Made by a program: the position numbers and the translations under genes. The notes under the pieces were generated by a model. The model did not search any database. It was not told where the DNA came from and saw only the letters and a list, made by a program, of their open reading frames with translations. Of a DNA stretch of 64,000 bases, positions 35,901 through 48,170 are shown one piece after another. The first letter of the stretch is position 1, and each line of letters begins with the position of its first letter. This stretch comes from Fimbriosthenelais zetlandica (Eukaryota): NCBI GenBank assembly GCA_977030845.1, contig OZ365112.1, positions 26,536,001-26,600,000 on the forward strand. The letters run 5' to 3'.

Positions 35901-38128
35901 CCTGCCCCAAATCCTAAATTCCTCTCTCTTTTTTGACAGGTTGACCGGTCAAGGGACTATAATACCCTAACTTTTAACCTTAACATTATTTTATTCACTA
36001 ATTTCAATGAAGGTTAAGATAGTGCCTAACAAAATTGTCTGTTATAAGTTTACTGTTGTCTGTATCATTTATAACACAATGAGAATCCAAACACTTCAGG
36101 TTCCAAAATGGTTAACAACCATATTCGAGTGCGGAGATCATTTTGTTTTAACCATGAAGGTGTCTATTGTTTATCAGGATTACAACGCATGATTTCACAT
36201 TTATAATTTGTGTTGAACCTATTTTTGATTTCTTCATGGGAGATATATAACTGCATGATCAACCCCCCTTTTGATTCAATGTTACTAACTCAGTCAGTCA
36301 AAATTGTGTTGAGGAGAGAAGAATGACTTCATAATATAACATACTTTTAGCTTTAAGTCAAAGGAACCAATGTCAAACTCATTCAGTATATATATCCTAA
36401 CGTAACAAATTCTGAAATATTCTTGAAATTCATTAAAGTATAGATGGTAAACTTTCTACCACGCCAGGACCTAGCGTTAATTGATCCATAGAATCTACGC
36501 TTGTACGCCAAATATTTGTCAATATCACTTGTATAACAATTAGATTTTAATTGACGTCTCTGATTTGTTCTGGTATAGTCTACCACCTCATGCAGGCGGA
36601 GGGTGCTGGGTGTAGACAGCTGTACCATGGACAGTGAATGTCGGGGAGGTATCGCTAATTCCCTCTGTGGTGCTAACAAGACCTGTCTCTGTGGTCCGGG
36701 ATATGAGACCACTGACGACAGATTAGCTTGCCTCAGCAGTAAGTTTTAATCAGTATTTTACCTTCAGAACTGCTCTTGAAAGCTATCACTATTAAAATAG
36801 ACATCCAGCTGTAGTATATTCTTGCAATGACTATTTCTTCAATACATCATCTCTTCTTAGGAACTTAAGGAATTTCTGACCAAATCAATTGCTTAATATG
36901 TACGCAGCAATTAAACCAAAAGTAAATTTATAAACTGTTCTTTGTATTTTGCAGCTGGAGCGTCTACAGAAACAGAGTGAGTACTGTGGGAATCTAAATC
37001 GAATTTGTTAAGGAAATAAATATGTTTCCCTTCTGCATTAGATTGTTAACACCTTTTAACACCTTTTGATATATTCTCTAGGTGTACAGACTTTGCCTCC
37101 TGTAAACCTTGGGCAGGTGAGTACTTCATCTTCTAAGTAAACTCCACCACACAATCAGTGACCGATTAACTTCTATACCGAATTCCATTGCCCAATCCTA
37201 TTTAATAACAATCATTTTGATGTAGTTTTTGACAACTATTCCAACCCATACACCAATTAAGAAAACTGGGAAAACTTATAGATACTAGACAGTTTGACTT
37301 AAAATCTAAAATAGGAATTGTTAAATTACCTCTGGCTTTTCTTTTCAGTTGCTCTGATCATCGTCCTCCTTTTGACACCTCCAGCAATAACTGGAGTAGT
37401 GATGGTCACCTACAAAAATATACAAGATAGAAAGAAACGGTGAGAAACGGTGGAATTCAATTCCAACTTTGTACATACCATTGTATATACTAGCAAATAT
37501 CACCAATCAGAAATTTTGGTGCAAGAAATTCATAGCATACTTCCATGATTCCTTCAAGCTCCTGTCAAAGATAAGCTTTGGAAATCAATGGTAGATGCTT
37601 TCTGCTATTTTACTTTCTATTTCTTTAATTTCGTTAAGCAGGTAATGGTGACTTTCTCATAGTCTCTTGAGCACCTACGATCTAGATCCACACATCAGGG
37701 GATTGTTTCAAAAGAACGATCAAATTCATAGACTTTTACCTAAAGGCTCATGGAAAACGTATTTCCTTTGAAGCAACCCCCATATACTGTATATGATCTA
37801 TTCCAACTACACACTGTTAGAAAGGATGCTGGTATCTTATAACAGTGCACGGGGCTAACTTGCATCTTTCAGGTTAGCAAAGAAAGGACCGAGTAAGAAG
37901 AGGACGGACCCATACCGTGAACTGGGTATGGCCATCATTCCGACCATCACGTCCATTCCACCCAAGGATACGGCCTTACACAACCTCCCCGAAATAGGTG
38001 CAGACTGGAGCATTACCAATGACGACACATGTAATCATAAGTTGACACCTACTAATGACTGCACTCTGCATTTAGTGGGCAACCATCGCTGTCATCTCAC
38101 AAAGATTATTACTCCAAAGAAATTATAA
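32972..38128 (+). CDS. Gene F: type I membrane protein, signal peptide, 2 LDLa-like, 11 EB-like, TM, ~95-aa tail (723 aa)
   Basis: 11 exons: 32972-33026 (MMSFTSLFILTLAAVLFH), 33171-33287, 33480-33590, 33716-33862, 34296-34430, 34629-35671, 36579-36738, 36955-36976, 37082-37116, 37349-37439 (TM VALIIVLLLTPPAITGVVMVTY), 37873-38128. Total 2172 nt, all GT-AG, open to TAA. Confidence 0.86.
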
Positions 38129-40860
38129 ATTATACAAGGGTATATCTATCGCTCAACTGGTCATCAGGCGGAAGTTCTTAGCACAATCTGTTGGTGGGCC
38201 TGCTTGGTCGGAAATCATACTTTTTTGGACTTTGGTATAAGGAATCGAAATGTCTTTTTTGGGGGATATAGGTCAGTTATACACGTGCCGAAGATTATTC
38301 TATATACAGCGATTGTTGCCAACTAAGCTTACTTGATTATCTGATAATCTATTTAATCTGGATCGATTTACACATATTGTATAATCAATCATGCTCTTCT
38401 CAAGATTAGAGGTAAGTAAGATAATGCTAGTTAATGCTTTCTAAGCTTATTGTCAGAGATTTAGGAGCTTGTGCACTCCATGGCCACTTTCTAATGGCTT
38501 ACTGTTAAGAAAGATTTTGGTTGCAGGCCGATTAGAAATGGAAAGACATTAAAAGTTAAATTTTATCCTAAATATATTACCTTTAGCTATTAATACTATA
38601 GACTGCTTCCCCTTTTCCGTGCATGAAATTCTGAGGTTTGTGAAGGACTGTGCATGAAAGTGTCATTGTAGTTTTGGAAATATGAAGGAATTTGGTGTCA
38701 TTTTTCTCGGGAATACAAATTGAAGGTTTTTCTATTGATTTGGAAAGTGGTCTTAAAGCAAGATTCTAATTTGCCTTAAAAGGTTTGGCCCTGTTGAAGA
38801 ACACATTTGATTAAAGTAAATTGCTTAAAGTAGAAGTCAAGAGTATAATTTATAACCATTGAAGCCAATGTCATACTATCAGCACATGAAAATAATGAAT
38901 AGTGTAGTGCCTTAAAGGCTTGCAAGTTTGTCAGCAATTGCCTGAATGTGACACTTGCCAATACAGCTTCTTGCTTGAGTAGGCTGCATGGAAAGCTAGA
39001 ATCAAGCTTTATATCTGATTAACAGTAATGTGCTTTTATTTTTGCTATTGTGTTTGGTTCTTATGACACTTGCACAATTGCGCTTTTTCAAATTGCCAAA
39101 AGATAAGTCAGAAAATTGATAAAGGGTCAAGAGGATATCAATGATGGTAGATCTTCTGGACACAGGTCCTTTCATCTCTTTATAGCCCTTCATGTCTTAA
39201 CTTCTCATTGGGGACACTTCATCTTTCATGTGATGATAAAGATAAACAATTTCACATTCCTGCTCACTTCACTCTGTTGCCTGCCCTCACTTATTTTCCG
39301 TATCAAATTTTGTCTTTTTTCTCTCTCCAGACTTCACTAGTACCCCCAAAGCCGCAGGTACATGATAGTTATCTTGAATCAAGAATCTCACTCTTCTCTA
39401 TCCAAATGATAAGGGTCCATTGTCTCTAGATTTGACGGCCAACCAGAGAAAACCATATTATATCCCAAAAAGATCACTTGAAAGATCGAACGGAATCCAT
39501 TCAATTGTTTTGGCCTCTTACATAATTGGAAGCTCAAAAGAAACATTGTAGTTCGCAAAACCACAATGACCCTTGTCATGAAAACCCTTTTTGATAGAAC
39601 TAATACATTTTTAACATTTTTTATGAGTAGAAGCCACAAGCAGAGTGCTAGACACACAAACAACCAATAACACATCCTCTCTCATCTAACAACATAATAC
39701 ATTATATTTAATGAACAAGTCATCTTCATTTGATCTAACCCATGTCTAGATACCTCATTTTTAGTTTAGTGGAAGTCTGTTCGTGTTCTTTGTCAGTGAC
39801 CATTCTCTTCTGAAAAATCAATCATGATGTCTGTGGTATCTTTCTACTTGACTGTAGTTTCTGATACTCCCTCATAGATATCCTCCTGCCTTTTGCTTTA
39901 ATGTATTTGTTTTTTCAATTTGCAATTCCATTATTGCCCCTATTATCAAATCTATATAGTAATGGTGTTGTTCCAAGTTCTTACGTCATTATTTTTTCAT
40001 TCCACACAGTCGGGTTGGTCATGCGGGAGAAATCATTCTACCGGGACATCACTTCTATTACGTCTAAACCAGGCAGCTTGGAGGATGGCTTCGTCTTGAG
40101 CAAAGTGGACATTTAGGCCAACCTGAAGAGAGATTGAACATATTGGTCAACAACCACATCCTATAAGCTGTACCATGTTTATACTGGTTATGTGGAATGT
40201 ATATAATATTGCATCTACAAGGATCGAACATTTTTCTAGGTTATCGGATGGAGTTAGAGATAGTTATGCATTTGGTGTGTAAGCATTTAATTTGTACATT
40301 TGGCATTTAATTTGTAAGTTATGTGGACATGTATAAATAATCATAGTGTATTTAAAATAGACACTCTTGGGTAGATATTGTACATATACCGAAACTATAG
40401 TCTATCTTAGAATGTCTAATGTCATAGTAACTCAAATACTAATTTAAAGCACTCTGTGATATTTGAACAATCTGCGATAGTTAAAGGTATTGAAGCCAGA
40501 AAGATATTTATTTGTCTTGTTCTAAATCATAATTCTTTGGAATATTAAAATAACTGAATATCTTATTTTTGTACGTTTTCTCTAATTCAACATATTATAA
40601 CGTCAAAATGAGTGTAATTTGCGAATGAACAGTGAACCAAGATCGGAAACAGAATAGTAATACATATGTATTCAATAACAGTAACTTGAACAATAACAGA
40701 GGAGCAATGATTGGGGACTATAATTGGTCCAAATATATATGTTATCAATGGTAATCCAATACTTAGTTCAATGGAGAAATAACTCAAATCAACAACCGCT
40801 TGCTGGCCACAACATCAAGGCATCTGCCAGAAAGCAGCGCCTCCATCCCCCCATATCCAA

Positions 40861-40899
40861 CTCTCTCTCTCTCGCTCTCTCTCTCTCTCGCTCTCTCTC
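40861..40899. repeat. Interrupted (CT)n microsatellite
   Basis: CT dinucleotide run with two CG interruptions, read directly. Confidence 0.9.
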
Positions 40900-41117
40900 A
40901 TTCTGTGAGGGTGTGGTTGCTGGGTAGTTTCCCTCAGCACACACACACCATCCCAGGATCCAAGCAAGCGTTCAGCAGAGATCCGGCCCAGTCTGATCAG
41001 ACAGGATCAGTCGGGGGTTCACATGCTGGCTGATCAGAAGGGATATACTAGCTTCCAAAGAAGTCTGTCTCCTATACAGGCAAGTACTGGCTGTTGGCAG
41101 CCAGCAAAATAGTTTTG
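40900..41117 (+). other. Candidate non-coding first exon of the class A GPCR, implying an intron of about 11.4 kb to the acceptor at 52504
   Basis: GC-richer patch after the (CT)n run, ending in the consensus donor G|GTAAGT at 41118. A strong acceptor (TTTTTTTTCATTACAG) lies 80 nt before the GPCR ATG. The pairing is inference and the start is approximate. Confidence 0.3.
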
Positions 41118-44100
41118 GTAAGTTCAAAACTTGCTACTTCTTTCGTCATCCTTTATATTAACTTCATATGGAAATAGAAAGGAAATGTATACAATATTAT
41201 CTTTGTGTTTTGGGGCGCGGATTTTGATGTTAGGCACTCTTTCTAATACACCCAATAGTTAGAAAATACCACAAACTGACTTTCATAATATAATCTGCCT
41301 GCCTCACAGGTTTTTAGATCATTAGCAAGATTCTTTATGAGGTGGCAATATCGACAAATCGTAAGATAATCAGGAGGAAGGCTATGGAAACGGTGTTTTC
41401 CACTCTATAAAACGAAAACTTTGGTGTTTACAACACGTTTGGGGCAAGCCAGTGGATGGGCCTTGCCTGGACTACATCTACATTTCCCCTAACAACCAAT
41501 TTAGATTAGGTCGTTCCATTATCAATGGTAGGAGAATTACTGGATAAACTCACTTATTTGTATTCCCGAGTGAATGCCCTGCTATATAAACACTGAACAC
41601 GGGATTAGATGGAGAATAAAGTTATTCATTTCAAAGGGGACGCGATGGTCGTGCTCAGAATGGCTGATTCTCAATGAAAATGCACATTTGAAAGTCTTTT
41701 CACTTTGAAGGGTCAGATAAGGACTGCGGTAGATGGATTATCAGTCCTTTTTTGGGTAGAATTCTTCCAAATAAATAACTGTTAGAGGGCTTGGGGCCTG
41801 TTTCATAAAACAGAGAGACTTACACTTGCGCATCTCCATAATGAAACATTTCTTTGATAAGCTGATGAACATTTGAACCATAGCCAAATATCTAACCATA
41901 GTGGATATATCTTCTATCAAATATGGAAGCCAAATGTTTGGACCGTTGGCCTAACTGAATATGACAGCATAGCGGTTACAAATTATCAAATCATAAATAC
42001 ATTAACTAATGTTATATGGCCTCCAATGGAAGTATATGACAAGCGTTATCGAGCTAATAAATATCTAACGAAGCATGTAAGTAGCTGAGTGGGCTAGCTG
42101 GGCAATACACATGGACCCATGCTTGATGGCGCTGGTAGAGTGGAAAAACCATGTCCAACCATTACCATCCTCCGTCATCTTATCTGAAAATGCCTGGGAA
42201 ATAGGCTTACTAACAGGTATAGCATTTAATATACTGCTGTGGGCAAGTTTTTGGTATGGCATGAAGGTAAGAGAGGTCAATAGAAATATATAAAGAAGGG
42301 ATAGATACATCATAAGCATGTGATGCACTGACAGGCACATACACATATATCAAGGACGTGCCGAAAGCTAGCATTACATCAGCCAAAAAGCAAAGACATG
42401 CTCCATGAATAAGTGCAGCAACTGCTGGGGAATGATATAATTGTGGGGAAAATCTGGTGGGCGAGATATACTTTGAAGCCTTTCATGGAGATAATTTGAT
42501 ATAGCACATCATCTGGATCTACGCAATATTCTCAACTTTATTCCGCGAATCTGGAAGTTTTGACTTTTGTGAAACGCACTTCGATACGATATCCATGTGA
42601 AGCTTCCATAACATAGGATGAATGATAATGGTACTCTTTCATTATCATGACAGATACCAATGGATAGAAGCCAGTCTATAAATCATTCGGTCATATATAC
42701 AAGAGGAATCGGCGGATGTTTTTCATGTTTTTTTTCTCTACCAGAGTTGTGTGGCAGGTCCCTTGTGGCCTCAATATCGTGTGGTCATTCGTTATTCCAC
42801 ATGAAGCACAAACCAATGTCGATTTTCCACTTCAACTCTATCTGCAAATCTCTATGGTGTCTGTCACTAACTAACTTACTCCGTTTCTTTTCATTAGTCT
42901 TCAAATGTCTTTCGTAACCGAGGGGTAAGTGGGCATATGAAGCCATTTCCTGCAAAAAAGAACGAGGCATCTGCCATAGAATTGTGCTTATAGTCAACAT
43001 AATAAAGGCAGGGAAATTGATTTCGCCCACTAGCCTGATGAACGCTTGATCTGCTGATACCAATAGGAAGCTGCCTGTTATCGCAGCAATTAAAGTGGAA
43101 GGCATTTCACAGCTAATGCACTTACTGCGGCAAATGTCTGTGGAAATGGGCACAATTTCTATGTATTTTTTATCAGCTGTCAGCCATATGGAAAGCACTT
43201 TAATGTCAGTGGGGCGTCCTCTTAATTTCATATAAGCAAAGCCAGGTTGATTCAGCTACTATTGTCCATCAGGGAACCATCTGGGTGGAGATCCATAGAA
43301 AAAATCCCTCGTCATTTAAACCTGTTTTTCATATAAATAGAGAAAAATCTCTTTGAGGCAGATAACCCAATTTCGGCGTGACTCTCTCTATATATAGGGC
43401 TTTGGTCTGGGGTTTGTCAACCACCTGATGGGGTGTGCAATTTGCTGTGAAAAGGACATGGTGGAAGTATTCCTCGGGGAAATCAATTGTTTAATGGCGA
43501 GCGGGTGGATTAGGGAACACAATTCCTTCACAATATCGTGTTTCTACAATGTGTTCTACAATTAATCTCTTTTCTCAAATCAACAGTATTGATATAAATT
43601 ATCTTCATATGGAATGAGAATTTTGAGATGCGCAGAATCAAGGGATGAAGAATGAACCATACCATATGGTCAGTTGATATATATAGATCCCAAATGACTT
43701 CCCAAACCAGAGAACTATAAATCACATTTTTGCTCTTTTGATCTTTTCAACCCAGCCCGTGACTCCTACACGATTCTCGATGATGTGCATGCATGTTTTT
43801 ACAAACGCCCGCGGTATTCCAACTTCTTCATGCAGGATAACACAAAGTCTAATGGAAAGCAAGTGAAGCAAGTTACTTGAGCGAGACAACCCTTGCTGGC
43901 GGGGGTAAGTTTACATTTTATGGCGATGGAGAACATGGTGTTTGGGTTCCTTCGAGAAACCTTCCCCAAATGTTGGGAGGATCTTTATCATCTCTTGAGG
44001 GTATCTGAGAAAATGAGTGCTGAAGGCAATCCACATTGGAAAAATGGTTCTTATATACGTCTGTTCCTCGGGCAGACATGTTTATAGTGGGAAGGGTTGA

Positions 44101-47100
44101 TTGCTCCAGATACTATAGAGCTATTGACCTGCACGGCCAACCAGACATTGCTAGAATTTCCAGGGGATGTTTTCCTAGGGGTACCAGGTTTTCATTCTGG
44201 TGGGAGATGCTGGGGTTTGCCTAGTAAATGATAACCGGGAAATAGAGATGAGTAAATATAGGGGAAGGTCCATGTAAGGGCAGAAAAACAGAGAGCCGGG
44301 CATTGATGTAAGGTGCAGAACAACATGGTTACATACATGTAGGTAGGATCTTGTGAATATGATTGCCGAGACATAACATTATAGACCTGATAGGTAAACC
44401 TTTCATTTGCAACACATCTCTTTCTGTCTCATTTTGCGTCACTCTGTCTTTGTATGTCTGTCCCCCTCTTTATCTCTCTCTCGATCTCTCTCTTTCTCTC
44501 TCATAACTTATAGGAACTTTTCGTCATTATAGGGATGGAAGATCTTGTAATATCTTTGGGAGGAATGTATACATATCAAAATAGTCTAACACACCAAAAT
44601 ATGGTCCCTTCTGGACAACGTTGTGACGAGCATGCAACGAATGAACCTCTTATATCACCTAGTAATTGCTCATCATCTGCAATTGTGAATCTCACATGTC
44701 AGTGAGGTTATTGCCTCTGTCATGTAGGCCTATGGTTCATTTCGGAGCAGATCTCTTTCATAACTTGATTCAGCATGAAACCCTATAGCTGGCTGATAAC
44801 TTTGAAGTGTGGAAACGGATATTAAAAGTTTCTAATTTGCGAAATACTTCCATAGAAAGTAACGAGATAACTGTAAAGGACATTATCGTCTGACGCATGA
44901 TTATTCGTGGCATTTCTGATGGAGATGTTTTGCCTCGTATTACCGTTCAACGGTGGTGTTTTCTGGAACGCTTCTGAACAAATTATATGGTGGGCGACCA
45001 TGTTAACCCTATCTATATAACAGAATCAGGTGGGTGGTGGCTTTTCTACTGTTTCCATGAAAACAGACTCTGTGCAATGATTGTACGCCCACCCAAATGG
45101 CAAACTAATGTAAGGTCCTATACGGTATACTGGGGGTCAGTTTCAGGAGAAACTACATTAGACATGAGACTGTGGGCTTAGTTAGCATTGGTTGATGTAG
45201 AGTTGGTGTTTTTTGTGAGACAGGTCCTGGTGAAGCATGTTTATAATGGTCCTGCCTACCATAGTGCCTGACACAATCTATAGAGGCGAATACACGTACA
45301 CACAAACATTAGCCGAGAACTGGTCAAAAAACGAGGGAGACAGGAACTCTGGGACCAGAGGTACCAACCTAATTTCATTATTTTTCCTTCACCATGTGCT
45401 GATTCTTAGGTATTTTCCATTTCGCAGAATTATCAAGGGGGAAATGCTGAGCAACGAATTCCCAGATCTAGATCAAGCATGCACTGATACTGGAGAATTA
45501 TCCTTTCAACAAGGAATTCCTCCTTAAAGATGTTTTCAGCGGACCCTAAAGATTTATTACTGAGATCTAGGGCCCTTTAATGCAAGAGAAATGCCAAGCA
45601 AATTTACAACTCCGCGAGTTGTTGTCCATTTTGACTTAAAATCACCTTGTTATACAGAAGTTATGCCCTCTTTGGATTGGATATTGTGGATTTATGTTTG
45701 GCCTTAATTCAACTTATTCTTTGGGGAACACGCCTCCCCCTTCCAATTCCATCGTAATTATAATTAATTAATAATAAAAATGAAATAAATTGACTGAAAG
45801 GTGAAATCTATACCACTCAGTGCCCAACTGACTCAGAAACCCAGAGTCCCCTGGGTTTTGAATGTAGTGCGCACTGGGTAAACAGTGCCAGTTTTTGTCC
45901 CTATATTTGTCCAGGCAGGGAATTAATAAAGTCATTATCAGATAGAGTTACTAAGGAATAAAGCACATAATCGGGTGTCCGTGCTGGCCCTATACCCATA
46001 CATCCCCACAAAGCAATTCCCTTATCGTAATCCTGCCCCAACCTCACACCAGCCAATTACACAGCAATAGTCGGCGCGCCTCTCATAAAGGAATGACCTC
46101 ACTAATTGTAGCGCTGGATTACTTTTCCCACGGCCACATCTGCCTTTTGGATTGTGCTTTATGGCCACAGATATTGTCACATGTACGTGGCTTTCTTTTC
46201 TTAATCAAATGCAAATAGTGCATGCATATGCTGAGATCTGTATCACTGGAGACGATAACAAGAACAAGTGTGGAGCCTTTTTCTCGCAGATGATTGTCAA
46301 GCTATGTTGGTCTTCACGTGTGATAGTGAAACATTCCTCCCATAGGATGCACACATTCACACCAAGCACCAATAACAGATAAGCCACACGTTGTCAGATC
46401 CCTTAGAGAAACAGTGCCAAAGTAAAACATGAGGAAGGCTGCTCGGGGATAGGGCAGTTCGACAGTGATGTACTTTAAAGTAAACCTTGGCAGGTAATAA
46501 ACGCTTGACAAGTGTTTGAAGAAGAAAGCTTCAGACAGATTTAAACAAGCTACAGGTTTTTGTCTGGCTTCCATCAAAGTCTAGCAGGGAGACCTTCATG
46601 AAGTGTGGTAGGTAAAAAAAAACCTGGTGATCTTGAAAGCAGTAAACGGAAATTAATAAAAATCTGTTTCTAAGTCTTTGTAGGTCATAAAAACATGCAT
46701 TGGTCAAGGATTCCCAACTTAAATACCAGTGATAAGTTCTTCTTTGGGGCTTAGAAAATGGAAATGTTAAGTTGTTGGCTTTCAGGCAAGCGAACAAGAG
46801 ACAGAGTCCATCATTAGAGTATTCCAAAGATTTATACAATTACGCCAGGCCAGGTTGTGTCGTCCAAGTGTCGTAAAAGGAAGTCGTAAAACATCCGGCG
46901 GCTGACAAGTACTTTCTGTAGGCAATCGGCACCATGAGGGTACTCTTAATGCTTTATGGAGATCATCTCAATCATGGTGATTCACCAGTATCAGCTTCAC
47001 CAGGGATTTCTATTAGAGTCGATGTCTCCTTGCTTTCACAATGGAAGATGTGATAATGAAAAATCATAAATAAGTGGAAAAGCGTAATAGGCCTAGATCT

Positions 47101-47954
47101 ACAACTTACTTGTAGTGAGTTGAAATTGGGGAATGCACCTAGCTCTCATTTTGCAAATTTTCACAGCTTCATTGTCACTTATATTCAAATTAGTTTGATG
47201 CATGCTGATAAAATGCATTCATGAGTTACCTGTTTGGACATCGAACAATTAAAGCAATTATTGGGTGACAAACGTTGGCCAAATGAAAGGTTTAATGGCC
47301 AAAAATGAATTGGGAGGAATGGACAAAAGCTATTGATAACTTGAGATTTATAGCCATTTCGGACACTTGTCCTCAGCTAATCACTTCGGAGCTAGCCTGG
47401 TCTTTCCCATCAGTGAACAAACAATTGATGGGCCCGCCATATTTCCAACACTCCTGTTGAGAAATGGCTCTAATTGTGCAAAACCAGCAAATTATGTGAA
47501 ACTATTGGTGGGAAAACAGTGGGGCAAAAGAAAAGCATGACTGATTAGTTTTGTAACGGGGGCAATACCCAGTGCCTGGTGGAATCATATGGACTATTAA
47601 CTACAGTGATGAATGAAGCCTTGCCCCATTGCCTGCAAAACTGAAGATAAAATGAGTGATAATCAATGGTCCGGTATGATGGTCCACAGACCTGTTTTCA
47701 CAGGAGCAATGAGACTGTTGTAGTAGTAATATACGGACATTATTGTTCTTCCATTCCATGTCCTGGTCACCTACTCCTTGGGGAAATTCTGATCCATGGT
47801 TTTAGTCCGATCAAAGTCGCTCGGTGTGCAGACCTTTATCTTTGGGAAAGTAGATTATTAATGGGCGATGTGTTGCATGTGGTATAAATCATGGTGACAT
47901 TCCGACATTTTATTTCTTGATTTCTTGGTTTTCCTCGAACCAAAACTACTGATG

Positions 47955-48170
47955 TACCATCAGCCTTCACTAGAAGACTATCCTTGCCTCTTGATGCCAT
48001 GACATCAGCCTGAATTAGAAGACTCTCCTTGCCTCTTGATGCCATGTGCAATCATCCTGAATTAGAAGACTATCCTTGCCTCTTGATGCCATGACATCAG
48101 CCTGAATTAGAAGACTATCCTTGCCTCTTGATGCCATGACATCATCCTGAATTAGAAGACTATCCTTGCC
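47955..48170. repeat. 45-bp minisatellite, about 5 copies
   Basis: TAGAAGACT recurs at 47971, 48016, 48063, 48108 and 48153. Unit is about CATGACATCAGCCTGAATTAGAAGACTATCCTTGCCTCTTGATGC. Confidence 0.93.

Noticed and set aside
35940-36017. Acceptor-like TTTTTTGACAG inside the gene F intron, suggesting an extra exon
   Set aside because: In phase 0 it reaches TAA without the module's final cysteine, whereas direct splicing 35671-36579 gives a normal module. It could at most be a minor truncating isoform.
42300-42660. Minus-strand fragments resembling CUB motifs (EASHGYRIEVRF, KGFKVY, SRPPDFPHNY)
   Set aside because: They lie in different frames with stops, the spacing is wrong and the conserved cysteines are missing. 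A tBLASTx or HMM hit would be needed to revive this as a pseudogene.
45818-45880. Small nested inverted repeat (CAGTGC..AAACCCAG..CTGGGTTT..GCACTG)
   Set aside because: The stems are only 6-8 bp, with no recognisable ncRNA features, which is within chance for 64 kb.
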